Both the position numbers and the translations under genes were made by a program. From Eledone cirrhosa (lineage: Eukaryota), in the NCBI GenBank assembly GCA_964016885.1, contig OZ024740.1, positions 87,172,001 to 87,236,000 of the forward strand: a DNA stretch of 64,000 nt, written 5' to 3'. This document shows, in pieces, positions 13,705 through 27,343 of this stretch (its first letter is position 1; each line of letters opens with the position of its first letter). Under the pieces are notes generated by a model. The model was given only the letters and a program-made list of their open reading frames with translations, ran no database searches and was not told the origin of the DNA.

Positions 13705-14059
13705 ATTAATTGGTTTTTTATTCACTAAGGCTGACAAATGGAATTACAAAGGAAGGTTACAAAATGTCAGGTACTTTTTTTCAGCAAGTGAAAAGAAAAG
13801 CTAAATGAAATAAACTATATATGACTTGAAAAGGAAGAATATAAGATATAAAAAATATGTTAATGTACATGTTCCCAAGTTCCTTGGGCAAATCCCTAAG
13901 TGCCACTCAACACTAAGGCAAGTGAGATTAAACTGACTCCAGTACTTGACTGATACTTTATTTTATTTGCACTGGAAGAATGAAAGGAAAATTTTACCTA
14001 AGAATGTAAAAAGGTTATCCATACTCAAAAACATTTTGATTGTCCTATACAAATGTATG

Positions 14060-14380
14060 GAAGAACAATCATGTATTTTTTTGTATATGGATAGCCTGAA
14101 GTTGTACATTGAGAAATAACTAGAAACACTGCTACACTGTTGCAAGATGAATTGGTAAGAAATTCAGATTAGAAAAATGTACCAAAGCAACCTTGAAAGG
14201 AAACAAATTACGCAAGAACACATATATCATGTTATACAATGAAGCATAAGCAAAAGAAACTAAACATAGATTTACAAATACTTAGGAATCAATGGACAGA
14301 GTACAACACACAAAGTTACAAATGAATATTACAGGTGCATTAGATTAATACCTAAAGAGTAGGAATATTTAAAGAGTAAG
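14060..14380 (+). mobile_element. Second R4-like RT relic
   Basis: FLYMDSLKLY ... KFRLEKCTKATLKG ... YKYLGI. Confidence 0.6.
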
Positions 14381-14419
14381 ATACCATTCAAAAAGTACAA
14401 CTCATGTAAAAATTATATT

Positions 14420-14865
14420 TTCTTACTTAGTCACAAGTTCGGTACTTTCGGGTGAAGGGTTTCATTAAATCAACCCCAATACCTCCTAATGTATTTTTAT
14501 GGAATTGGGGAAGAGATGAACAATGGATATTGACCTTAGTGAGAATTGAAACCAGAACATAAACAGATATAACAAAATACTTCAAGGTATTTAGTCTAGT
14601 GCTATGCCAATTATGCCATTTACTATATAAGCATTAATAATAATTGTTTCTACTTTTGGCACAAATCCAGCAATTAGAAGGGAAGGGGAAAGTCGATTAA
14701 ATCAACCCCAGTGTATTACTCATATTTTATTTTATCAACCCCATAAGGAAGAAAAGCAAAGCTAATATCCATGCCATTTGAACTTAGATCATAAAGGACC
14801 ATAACTGTATGCTGCAAAGTATGTTGTCTGATGCTCTACCAATACTACCAATCCACTGCCATTAA
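14420..14865 (-). mobile_element. Two tandem family-2 SINE copies
   Basis: Clear copy at 14640-14860 preceded by (AAT) and a more diverged copy at 14420-14625. Confidence 0.7.
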
Positions 14866-15289
14866 TTATTAACAACAACAACAATAATGATAATAATAAT
14901 AATTCTCTTTAACTTGACACTGTTTGCCCTCCAAGTTTGTAAAGAAGCCAAAATTATTCTTACAACATTAGATAATCTCACACCAAATTTTCAGTAGGAT
15001 TTCTTCTACCTCTTTCTTCTCCAGATTTATATCTAGTTGATATCATTGTATCAAATGCCCCTACAACACTACTACTCTTTATATAATTTCCTTTTCTTCT
15101 CCCATTCAAACTATGTATAATAAAATTTGTTTATTTTATCAACCTGAGGGTTCTTTCATAAATTATTGATTTTCCTATTATTTCTTCCTCAATTCAGTCA
15201 ATCTTTTCCACTCTCAATTTGTTTAATTACTATATTTTGTTAACAGATTTTTATTCCTTCATTACTTGTGACAATCTCATATCAGGGAA

Positions 15290-15660
15290 TCATCATCATC
15301 ATTTAACATCCAATCTCCCTGCTAGCAAGAGTTGCCTAGGTCGTTACAGACTAAGTCAATACATAATCAGAGCTACTGGACTCTCAATCTACCAAGGGAC
15401 AAATCTCATTTACATATGTTCCTACACTCTCTAAAACACACTAGGTACAATTTATCATGTCACCAACACTAGGAAGATTATCATGTCTATGACACAACTG
15501 AAGTTCATTCAACTGTTTGACAGGTGGCTGTACCCTTGACACAACTAAAGAGTCATATCATCGTTTTATTGGCAAGGTTTTTATAGCTGGGTCTCCTCCC
15601 TAATAACAATTACTATACAGAGTGTACAGATTGTTTTATTATTACACCAGCACTAGGGAG
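15290..15660 (-). mobile_element. Old RTE-type 3' end relic
   Basis: (CAT)n tail, ttaacatcc..ccctgctagcaag hairpin remnant and a degenerate ttttatagctgggtctcctccctaa module. Confidence 0.55.
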
Positions 15661-16506
15661 GTTGATGGTCACTGATTTGACTGAAAAACCCTCTCTACCC
15701 TATGGAGGGAGGCCTGAACAGGATCAGAGGAATAGGAGCGGGTAGATAAATTGATAAGTATGTGATGGGTAAAGGACAATAATTGGGACAGAGGATTACA
15801 AATATATAGTCATGGGTGTATGACAGATGTAGGGGCTTCAAAAGGGTGATGTGAAGGAGAGAAATGCTGAGAAATTATGTCAGAGGTGTATGAAAAATGG
15901 TAAAATTTAGCAGGCTAATGAGAGGGGTGGGTGTTATCTCAGATAGACTTGGGATACTGTGTTGATAGTGAGTTATGGCTGGGAATTTAATTGATGTGAG
16001 GGAGGAGAGTATTGTGATGATGCTAACAGCTAATTAGTTGTTAAGATTCAGAGCAAGAGTCATTGACCTAAATTATTAGCTGCATACAGAGATGAAAACT
16101 TTACTGTTAAGTTAAAATAATTATTTGGAAGGTTAGTTATCTTGATAAAAACAATGAAAGCAAATGTTAAAAGCTTCATCCTTTTCCCACCACCCAACAC
16201 AGATTAGATGGGAGAAAATACTGGCTATAAGAGAAATTAGATGATAATTTTTTTAAAGCTATTATAGGCTCTCATTAGAAAATACTACTTGTCTGGATTT
16301 TAGCATATGGCAGATTGTATATACATGAAGTCATTCACCTCACTACCTATGAATTATATGTCTAGTTGATCAGAGCAGATTGAACCTATATAACAATTAC
16401 CATATATTTTATATCTGAGAAATAGGCAAAATTCAAACCCATTTATATGCAGAGGCAGGTAATCAACACATTGTGTTTAGATGGTACAGTTTTAAAATTC
16501 TCATGA

Positions 16507-16760
16507 ATCATCATCATCATCATTTTACGTCCACTTTTCCCTGCTTGCAAGGGTGGGACGGATTCTGGCTTGATTTCTACAGCTGGATGCCCTTCCTAAC
16601 ACCAACCTCATTTACAGTGAGTGCTGGGTGGTTTTTGCCGTGGCACCTACACGACCACTTTGCAGTGGAATGATAGGGACCCCAGTCCCTATCATCTCAT
16701 TTCTACAGCTGAGTAAACTGGAGCAATGTGAAATAAGTCTCTTGCTCAAGGAAACAACAT
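16507..16760 (-). mobile_element. 5'-truncated SINE (family of 43648-43984)
   Basis: (CAT)n tail and near identity to 43650-43908. Confidence 0.9.
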
Positions 16761-16847
16761 GAGTGGAGAATATATTTATGAAGTTTTAATATTTTGACAT
16801 TTAAAATGTTTTAAGTGCTGTTTAGAGCATAGTTTTTTAATTCACAA

Positions 16848-17114
16848 CTCCATTGCATAATGATATTTTTTTTTATCAATTTCCGACCATTTGAAGGCCA
16901 TATTCATTCAAAATATATATATTAAAAAAAAACAATAGGAAATATGAATTGCATATCGAAAGTGAAACTGATGTAATATTCATCTCCATTACATAATGAT
17001 TTTTTTTTACCAATTTCCAACCATTTTGAAGGCCATATACTTTCAAAACATACTTAAAACAATAGGGATTACGGATTTCACATTAAAAGTGAAGTCTGTG
17101 TAATATTCTTCTCC
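16848..17114. repeat. Two diverged tandem ~135-bp units
   Basis: ctccatt.cataatgat(t)n..caatttcc.accattt.gaaggccata...aaagtgaa..tgtaatattc starts at 16848 and 16984. Confidence 0.8.
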
Positions 17115-19027
17115 AAATTGAAATTGGTGTAAAGGTCACCCCCAAAGTGAATATATTTTAGCACCTCATCTATGAAATTTTAGAGTTGGTTAAAATTGAC
17201 AAAATATTGACCTCGAATATAAGCCAACCCACAATTTTACAATTGTTTTATATTTTTGTCACATATTTCTCTTCTTATATACAAGTGTACACAGTATCCC
17301 ATATTTATGTAATAACTCAGATATGTTTAATTATAGTTTGTTTCTCCCCCTTTTCTTCATATTTACCAGCTCATACCATTTACTAAGGTGTATGCAATTA
17401 GAGGCAAGATAAGGGTGAAATTACAATGAAGTGGACAATTTCCCCTGGCCTATCATGCCTGTCAATTAAAGTAGTACCCTGAAATGGTTCTTTCCCTCCT
17501 GCTATGCCACTGCTTGCAACTATACCTGCATCACCATTAAGTGTATCATTATATATCCACATGAGCTAAATTGCATGTTAACTATTTTGTGCATATCTAG
17601 CAGCATATGTACATATTTGCATGTATATTGCTGAATGGACATGAGTGTATGTGTGTGTTGTGCTGTGCTGTGTTTATGCTTGCATTATGATAAGCATGTG
17701 TACATACTTAGATGTAGATCAATGTCCACTTATCTACAAGAGAGAGTATGTGTGTGTATATATGTAACTCTGTGTGTGTGTACACATTTTTATATGAATA
17801 TTGCAGTCAAGACACACACAAACATACATCCAAATGAAATGTCTACTTTAGTAGCTTTCATCCAGTCAAAACTAGAAATATAATCTCAGTACGTATTTTT
17901 CTTGTGATTTATGTAGCCATATATTTCTATTTGCGGATTAGATCAAGGTTTGTTTACTTTTCATGTCAGAGTGATACCAAAAACATAAAAGTGGAATATC
18001 TTTGAAATGAAATCAGAAGAAAAACTGCAGTATACTTTTAATAGAGGATTTTTTAGTAAGAGACCTTTCCTTTTTACATAGTTATCTAAGAACAGTAATA
18101 ATATTGCTTTGCAAGAATACTTATATATATTACAACAGTAAAAACTTGCTAGAATCTGTTGATTAACCATACCCAGCATTTACAGCTGAACTCACGAGAG
18201 TATTTCTGAAGAACAGCACTAATATCCATAACAACCACATATGAATATACTCTATTTAACTCAATGTTACAGCATCACTTTTCTCATCTAAACAGGAACC
18301 AAACATTCGCATGAATTATTAGTTTTACCTTAATTGTACAACTCTCTAAAGAGCTATGTAGCATATAATCAGAAGCATACACACTATAGATACATATATT
18401 TACCTTTCGTCTTCTGTATATTTAAGCAGTCTATTCTGTTAGATGCCATTTCTTGTTTTCTTTTTTCTTTATTATTTTATTATTATTAAAATGTCTTATT
18501 GAGTAAAAATTTAATATACCGTATCATCATCATCATCAATAGTTTTAGCATCTGATTTTGGCAACATTGCACATTCCCTTGATACAAGTGATGATTATTG
18601 CTACATTAGTACTGTATAGCAGAGTTATTATCTAATATCTGCACTATAATTTTACAGTAGAAATGACAGATGTATCCTGACTTCCATATATATTCTTAAA
18701 GATAGTGAAGTAGTTCTTGAAGAAAGCTAACACTATATTCAACATCAAAACTAGAAACCTAGTCTTACAAACCAGAACAGGCTATGCAGCAATTTCAATA
18801 GTAGTCTTTGATTAAATGCTTCCTTGACCCTAATACCCAACAATTTAATACAAATCTATATAGATAATCCTCTTAAAGTAAATAATAAAATGTATAAGTT
18901 CTAAAAGTAGTAATGCGATACTGAAATAATTCACAATTTTTGTTCTGAACTTAATGCTTTGAACCTGTTGGCCCTGTATTTCAGTCCAAACAATATTCAA
19001 CTATATTCCACCTTATTATTCTGTTCT

Positions 19028-19247
19028 GTCACATGACAGTGCATTGGCAGTGTTGTTAGAGCATTGAGCAAAATACTTTGGAGTATTTGTTCTGGCTCTT
19101 TATGTTCTGATTTTGTATCCCACCAAGGTCAACTTTGCCTTTCTGGGGTCGAGAAAATAAAGTACCAGTTATGTACTGGGGTCGATGTAGTTGACAGAGC
19201 CCTCCCCACAAATTGCTGGCCTTATACATCAATTAGAAATTAGAAAT
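19028..19247 (+). mobile_element. Family-2 SINE with 14-bp TSD
   Basis: Family core present. TSD tattattctgttct at about 19014-19027 and 19247-19260. Confidence 0.8.
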
Positions 19248-20004
19248 ATTATTCTGTTCTACCATTTTCTCCATAAATATGTGATCGTTTTACACTCATC
19301 CCTTACCCAGGATTTTTCAAAAGTCTTTTGCATCAAATTAAAACATTTATTAACATTTTTCTTCTTCACTATCTTTTTCCGGATTTAATTGATATCATTT
19401 TCCCAGTAATTTTTATGGTGTTGCTTAGGATTGGGTTCCACACACATGGCAAGGGGCTAGGAGTTAAAGGAATAAAAATGTGTCCTGCTTAATTTGGCTC
19501 ACTTTACATAGTATACAAATACATACAGTACTTTTGAAGTTTTACTAAAGATATCCCTTTTGAGTAGGCAATTTAAAAAAAGTCTTACTCATACAAAATT
19601 TCATACATATTGCATCTATTTATTAGGTTAAAGAATAAAGGATACCATAGCTTGTTTATTTATTTAAGAGTGCCATGACTACTCACTAGATAAATCACAA
19701 CCTGTATTTTCTTAGTATTAATGATTATATTAACAAACAAGAATGAGTATAGGTAAGTATGTAATACATTATAATATTTCAAAAGTTTGTCACACTGTTT
19801 TTTTTTTTGACAATATTCTAAAAGTTTTTCAGGATTTGATCTATGATGGAATTAGAATATCAGCACTCACTTGGGACTAAACAACAACAAAATAACAGGC
19901 CTGTAGGTGTAATTCTATTAATCACACACTACACTGGTATTATACATAACAACAATAATTATTGTACATATTTTATTCATAAGCAGAAGACCACAGGGAA
20001 GAGC

Positions 20005-20180
20005 ATAGATGGTCAAATTGACTCCAGTATTGCATTGGTATAGGAGAAAAAGGACAGGTATTTTTGTGATGCCAAAAAGATGAAAGGTAAAACTGCCAAC
20101 AGGGAGATTTGAACTCAGAATGAAAAGAGCCAGAACAAATACCACAAGGTATTTTGTCAGATGCTATGATAATATTCATC
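20005..20180 (-). mobile_element. Degenerate family-2 SINE
   Basis: gatgaaaggtaaaactgcc..gatttgaactcagaatg..aaataccacaaggtattttgtc. Confidence 0.65.
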
Positions 20181-21349
20181 AGAAATATCTATTGATAAAG
20201 GATTATATTAAGAAGATAGCCGACAACTAAAAATGTATCATAAAAAAAAAATCTCCTTAGTGGAAATTGAAGACGTGTTTTAGCCAGAACAGTAAAAGCA
20301 TCTGTAGGTTCGTTGATTGATGACAGCAACAAATCGAGTCACGAATCAATGAAATCATCAAAAAATATATTACAATCACAAGTTCAGAAATTGATAACCA
20401 AAGACTATATAACTTGATCACAAACTGATGGAAAAAGAAAATAGAGTAACTACTTTATTTGAGTTCAATGATATTTCTAGTTAAAATAATCAGATCTGGT
20501 CTATGAGAATAAATCATTTTATATCAAAACTATATATCTGTTAGCAGTCAGATGCCATCACACAGCAGACATCTAACTGCAAACAGAAACACCATAATAA
20601 GATTGTATCAGGAAAATGTCAATGATGGACAAAAAGAGAATAAAACGTTTCATACAGGATGCTTATGTCTATAGTAACTAGCAATAGTATTCAATTACTA
20701 CACAGAAAGAGAGAAAAAAGATATTTTCTGTAAATGTAGATATTATTTTCTGTAATTGTTACAGACTAAACATATAAATGATATACCTCTGGCAGACATT
20801 AGTTTGGTTATTAAGAGAGACCAAACAATTTTTATTTCTCAGCTTAAAAGAAAGATAATCATTTTAGCTTTTTAGACAACAGTGTAAAGCGCATAATTTC
20901 AGCAAAGAAGACAGCTTCCTTAGAGATAGGGTGATAGGTAATCATAATGTGGACAATATGATGTAATAACACATATATCTCAATATAGATATATATATAT
21001 ATGTAACAGAAATACAAATCATCCACCACTACAATTTATTTCATCCCTTCTTATCCTCACATTTAGCTTCTCAGTTCAAATCATGCCATGGTCTACTTGA
21101 GTGGTAGATTTAATTAGTTGCCTATCTGTGCCTTTAGCATTGTCAACTTTGTTTTATGTAATTAGACCAGATTTCAGGTTTAAATACACCTTCTTGAAAA
21201 GGGATCTATATGAATCAGCCTTCTCTCCCTGACTAAATGGTAAAAGAAAAATTCAAAAGCTATTTCACATTATCAAATATACTAGGCTATGTGGGATAAG
21301 TTACCTGTACCACATGTGCAAGAATTAACAACAAAACTGTGCAGTGATC

Positions 21350-22060
21350 TGGTAATCTGTTTCCTTGAACCTCATGGTAATGGGCCACTATGCTATTCCA
21401 TACATATTTTTCTGTCCTTGTGTAGGTCAACATTTAGTGTGGTCTCCAGGTTTTCTTTGGCCTACCCTATGGTATTTTTCCACCACCTGGTAACCATGTC
21501 ATTGCAATTCTTGCTGGAATACCGTTCCTTATTTGTAGGACATGCCCTGCCAACTGATTCTTCTGTCCTTGATGATAAGACTTAATAATGTGGCATTGGC
21601 TCTTTGAAGCACATCCACGTTTGTGATCTTGTCTTGCCATCTAATGGCCAGGAATTTTTGGTATTTTGTTGAAAGAGTAAAACTGGTAGATTTAGATTTG
21701 CTGATGACTGCACAAAAATTCAGACTACGACAAATGCCCTGGTTGAAACAGCTGAAAAGGTAGGCTTGAGAGTAAATATATCAAAAAGAAAAATACAGCA
21801 AGTTTCCTGCAGTGAAGTATATGAAGTCTCAGTCAATGAGGAAAAGATAGAAGTTCAACACTTCACATATCTTGGTAGTGTTAAGACAGCAGATAGCAAT
21901 ACTGAAGCTGATATAAAAGAAAGGATAGTCGAAGGGGATGGAATATTTACCAAACTCCAATCAATGTGGTAATCAAAGAAGCTCATATTACAAACAAAAT
22001 TAAGGTTATTCTAGTCAATTATTATCTCAACAACAACCTATGCTACTGACAGTAGAATAA
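21350..22060. mobile_element. Old RTE-type LINE relic with inverted 5' portion
   Basis: The + strand at 21670-22060 reads LVDLD/FADD, AEKVGLRVNISK, FTYLGS, KLRLF. The - strand at 21665-21350 reads the downstream part (ILAIRWQDKITNVDVLQRA, GRPKKTWR). Confidence 0.75.
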
Positions 22061-23145
22061 TGCCAGAAATGAAAACCTGTGTAGTGATAGTAGTACAAAA
22101 ATACAAAATATAATAAGTGTGTTTTGTAGTTTGCTTTAAATATTGTGTAAATTGTAGAAAAAAGTGTTTTGTTTGAAAGCTATCACAATGTAAATTGGAC
22201 GATAAACGTTAAAACATATAACAACCTTACAGTTCTTTACAGGTCCTTATATTATGGGATAGAATTCCTTTTTCAAAAGACAAATAGTGACAAAAAAATG
22301 AACAGCTCAGAACTAGTTTCTTCTATTAATCAAGGACCGATAGAAAACTGCAAGGTAACATCTCAACGTCATTGTTATCATAATTCGTTGTCCAGTTCAC
22401 ATTGTGGTAGTTTTGAAACAAAACACTTCTTTCTACATTTTATTTTCTACAAAATACAATATTATTTAATAATAATGAATTTTTGTTGAAGAAAGAAAAT
22501 TCTGTTAGGCTTTATGAAATAAAAAAAAAAGAAAAAGAGAACTAATGTACTATTTCTTCCTTTTAGCATTTGACCTGATTAAAAAATCATTACACTAAAG
22601 GGATCTTCTTTCAATAAACAACATTACTATACCATTCATAAACACCATGTTGAAATAAAATAAAGGACAAATAACTTCACCTCTTCATAGTATTTGGAAG
22701 ATTTTAGTCTTTAACTGATAATGCCAGACTAACAAAAGCACAGTATAGAAATTTATTTAAACAGACATTTATTCTAACTGTACATACCTACACATTAGAT
22801 ATGAGCAGAGAGAGAGAGAGGTGGAGATTCCAAATTAATTTTTAAGAGCAGATAAATTGGAAAGTGTCAATGACAGATGCATCATTTTATGAGTTTTCAT
22901 GCCTCTAGTCCTAAACTTTCAAAATAACTTTGGAAAACACCTCTAGGAGTAGTCAGTGAAATTTTTACTGATATCTATCAGATTAATTAACATATCTAAT
23001 AGAAATTGTAAATTGATTAACTTTAATAATGCTGGAAGTTAGTAAAGAATTGTATAAAAATGTGTGTAAAAATCAAAGCTTTTATTCATTGGATATTTGA
23101 CAGCTGATTTCAGATTTACCATTAAAAAAGACACACAGAAGCAGA

Positions 23146-23325
23146 CATGGCCATGTATAAGTACAGTCATGCCTGTATAACCAACCACAGGCATGACTGG
23201 GTATAGGTACAGTCATAACTGTATAAACCACAGGCATGGCTGGGTATAGGTACAGTTATGACTGTAAAACCAACCACAGGCATGGCTGGGTATAGGTACA
23301 GTCATGACTGTAAAACCAACCACAG
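23146..23325. repeat. Minisatellite, about 4 copies of a ~44-bp unit
   Basis: cacaggcatggctgggtataggtacagt(c/t)atgactgtaaaaccaac repeated. Confidence 0.9.
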
Positions 23326-23760
23326 GTAAAAAGTATGCTTTGAAACTATGTGGTTTTGCATTCAATCCTAGTGTGTGGCACCATGGAAAAATGTCTTCTG
23401 CTAAAGCCATGGGCTGTGGAGGCATATGATCTAGTAGTAAGGGTGTTGGACTTATGATCATAATATTGTGAGTCTGATTCCTGGACTGGGTTCTGTTGTG
23501 TTCTTGAGCAAAACACTTCATTTCATTTTGCTCCAGCATATTCAGCTGAAAATGAGTACCAGCTAGAGTGGGGCATTTAATCCTGTGATGGACTGGCATG
23601 CTGTCCATGAAGGACCTTGTACTCTTAATTACTTCACTCTAGAGAAACTGGGAATAGCACTGGCATGATGAGCCTCCAGGTTCGGACAGACTTTAGGTAG
23701 CAATGGGCTGACTAATGCCATGTGAGTGAATTTGGATGAAGGAAACTATACCAACACAAC
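23320..23760 (+). mobile_element. Family-3 SINE interrupted by a CORE-like SINE (23417-23700)
   Basis: The host reads ...tgtcttctgctaaagccatgggct | gactaatgccatgtgagtgaatttgg. The insert begins ggaggcatatgatctagtagtaagg. Approximate TSD gc(c/a)atgggctg. Confidence 0.75.
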
Positions 23761-23770
23761 CGTGTATATA

Positions 23771-23782
23771 TGTGTGTGTTTG

Positions 23783-23843
<61 letters not shown>
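23771..23843. repeat. (TG)n microsatellite
   Basis: Direct reading. Confidence 0.95.
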
Positions 23844-23848
<5 letters not shown>

Positions 23849-24936
23849 CCATGTATTTGTTCTTCATTTCACATCCCTAGTACAGCTGATAATGTTTGTT
23901 TATATCCCACACAAACAAAAATTGAAAGAGAGTTAACACAAAGAAGAAACATACCCAAATAATGCCTAGAATAATGCCTAAAAAAAAGGCCCTGTCCAGC
24001 CTATGCTAGCATAGACACAAATGACAGTAATGTTGATGACAGAAATTTGTATGTTGTTTTGTTGAAAGTAGAACTGATACAGCAAATCCATTCTACTCTG
24101 ACCCTGAAAAGATTAACCGTTTTCTTTAACAAATAAAGCAGTATGTTATTAGTATTCACTGCATTCACTGAGAATGCTCTAAACATACACACAACTGTTT
24201 ATACCCTGTTGGTTTCTTCTGGGCATAGTTAACTATGATAAAAACAATTATATTTGTAATGTGCAATAATTTGTGTGACATATTTTTCTTTTGTATGGTT
24301 GTTCTCATTCCTCATCACAATTCTATAACTAAAACATGCCAGCAGCAATTCATCAGTCAGCAACTAGATAAACTATATTAGTAATGGTTATAGAATTCTA
24401 GTAAAGGATGCATGCTGATAGCTCAAGAATAAACTTTGTACAATTTTAAACACCTTCATGTTATTTATTTATATCGACATTCCCACAAACATCTTCCTAA
24501 CCACTTTTGTGCACTACAAATTTCTTGACACTCTCACAGTTAACTAAATTATTCCTCAAGACTATGAAAATACTATCTGCTTTTGTTTGATTAAACAAAA
24601 ATTCTGACTATATATACAGGTATAAGCATGGCTCTGTGGTTAGGGAGTTGGCTTCAAAACCATGTGGTTTAAGTGAAAGATAAATGTTCATAAGATTCAG
24701 TGAAGTCCAGTACTTTACTTTATGTAGGAGTATGGCATGTTGGGGACAAATAATTTAGTTGATCTGTTGAAAGTGAGTCCAATATATTTATTCAAAATCC
24801 TGTGAAAGCAGGAAAGATAGATGTGAAATGATGATGATGTCTACCATCTTATTTGTCTCTATATCACTGTTAAAAATTGCTGATCAAGGTAACATTCCCA
24901 TTCTATGTTATAATGACCCTGTATACATATATAAGT

Positions 24937-25160
24937 GGAGGCATGTGGCCTAGTAGTAAGGGTGTTGGACTTACGATCATAATGTCGTGGGTTCGATTCC
25001 TGGATGGTGTGTTGTGTCCTTGAGCAAAACACTTCATTTCACATTGCTCCCGTATACTCAACTGAAAATGAATACCAGCAATAGCTGGGGGTTTAACCAC
25101 GCCTTGAAACCGGGATAAGCACTAGCCAAATGAGCCTTCTGGCTCGAGACAGACTTTAGT
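24937..25160 (+). mobile_element. tRNA-derived SINE with CORE-like central domain
   Basis: A box TGGCCTAGTAG, B box GGTTCGATTCC, then tgtgtccttgagcaaaacacttcatttcacattgctcc..actcaactgaaaatg resembling the MIR CORE. Paralogous to 23417-23700. Confidence 0.85.
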
Positions 25161-26789
25161 TACATATATACACACACATGCGCACACACACTAAACAGGA
25201 ATGAATATTCAGGTAGTTATGCTCGAGGAAACCCTTAAAGGTGGTGCCCTAATATAACTACATCACAATGACTGAAGATAGTGAAAGAAAAAAAGTGTAT
25301 ACATTTTTGTGTATGTGTTTTTATATATGTATATTCTTTTTTAATTTTCATTGTATCACCCCCCCCCCCTCCTATCTTACTGTTGTTCTCTCTTGTGACC
25401 TTCAACATTTTACTGACCTCTCTCTACTTGGTCATTCTTTTGCATACCTTACACATATTCAGCCCTATATACTACATCCTTCTCATCAATGATTCATAGG
25501 AGTCCTGTCCAAATATTAGTCAGTATTAATCTCTGATATATATATTATGGCTGTTTCCAGAGTCTTTATTATTTCCAATCCGATATCTGTCTACAAACAC
25601 ACACACACATTATCACTAACTCTAAAATTCAGAAGATAATTATTTGAAAGAGCTAACTACTTAGAGTTTCCTTACTGTTAAGTGTCATTTGTCTCTACTT
25701 TGTTCATTTGATGTAAGTTTGTCTTAAAAGTTATATAGTAGGTAAGAATACTACTTGATACAATTCTAATTAGAAGGTGAAATGTCATTACAACTTCTGT
25801 ACTTTCTGTATAACATACAGTAATAGCTAACAACTTTTACATGATCATATCCAATGTTACAATTTTGTATTGATTCAAGAGCAAAAACTAATGACAAAGC
25901 AAAAATGTTTGCTTAGTAGCAAGAGAGAATGATTGCCATCAACAGCCATCATTATAGTTAGCTATATGAGAGAAAGAGAGAGAGGGGGTAAGGGGGGAAG
26001 AGATTTAAGAATATAAAAGCATTGGCAGAGTTTATATTTGGATTATTCCTTTCTAGTAGTTTTTCTTTCTTTTTATGGCACCTTAGTCAGAAATAACTAG
26101 CTATGTTTATGATATAAGCAGTAAAATGATTTCATTCAGCTTCTGATTTCACTATTAAAGCATTGGCCACATTAGATAGAATCAAATAAAATATTGTCTT
26201 TGTTTTTAATTTCAGTGCAATGGTGTCTCAGCATTATCAACAGCAATAGACATTTCCTAATTTTTGATTCTGATTCTGCCATGAAGTAGTCAATGGTCAG
26301 ATGGCACCTGAAGCTTTCAACAGCTCAGCTAGGAAAATAAAACACACCTAGAACAAATGAACAATAAATGTTGAGGAAGAAATGAATAATCAATATTCAT
26401 TCATAGGTGACTTCAAGAAGATACTTTTCAGTGAATGCAAATAAATTAACTTCATTTAATTCAAAATGATAATGATCTGTAGGATCACATTCATTGTGCT
26501 AGAGAATAAAAGATCTCTAGATAGTTTTAGTACAAAAACAAACATCATGACATTTAATGTTCCACTTGGTCACATAGAAAAGAAATCCATAAACATAGAC
26601 ATTTGCACACTGTGTGTCTGAAACAATTCTTTTATTATATGAACAAGGAACGGTCTAATAGAATTAATGAAAGACAAATGTCAACTATGCTGAATACTTT
26701 GCTGCCATTGGAGTGAACTTTCTACTATCAGAATTGCATAATTGATACATACATACTCACCACACACTCGTGTGTGTGTGTGTGTGTAT

Positions 26790-27195
26790 TGCTGATGTTA
26801 GGAAGGGCATCCAGGTGTAAAAACAATGTCGAAAATGGAACATATAAGCAAGGCATGTCTCCTGAAAATCCATCACACTTTGTGACTACCCAGTATAGAA
26901 AAATGGACATATGATTATAACCAGGCACACACATATATATGCCCAGTCCACACCGTAAAATGGTCATGTTGTGTCGTGACAAAAAGCGCTGTTTACACTG
27001 TAGAGTGGTTGTCTTGGTACCATGATAAAAAGCACTTAGTCCACACTGTAAATGTGGTTGCCGTTAAGAAGGGCATCCCAGCCATAGAAACCAAGCATGG
27101 CATGGTCATCTTATCTTGTCTTGTCTTAGAATGGTACAACTCATGTAACTCATGCTAAAATAGAAACATGGATGTTAAACAGAGGTGATGATGAT
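26790..27195 (+). mobile_element. Two old RTE/SINE 3'-module relics
   Basis: ggaagggcatccaggtgtaaaa (26800) and aagaagggcatcccagccatagaa (27066), each followed by a degenerate terminal hairpin; (GAT)n tail at about 27187. Confidence 0.6.
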
Positions 27196-27281
27196 ATATA
27201 TATGTGTGTGTATTAAATATTTCTGTAGAAAAGGTAAAGGGAAATGAAAGAAGGGTGCTCTATGTATTGTACAGAGCTATT

Positions 27282-27343
27282 TAATTACATAATAAACAAC
27301 ACAATATAATTATAATTACATTGTGTTGTTTATTATGTAATTA
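27282..27343. repeat. 62-bp near-perfect palindrome
   Basis: taattacataataaacaacacaat-ataattataattac-attgtgttgtttattatgtaatta, with one mismatched pair. Confidence 0.9.

Noticed and set aside
20200-20700. Possible further R4-like LINE relic
   Set aside because: Only faint motif resemblance; it cannot be supported by eye.
24937-25010. tRNA gene candidates (also 43910-43984 and 13487-13576)
   Set aside because: A and B boxes are present, but there is no intact cloverleaf and each continues into a SINE body.
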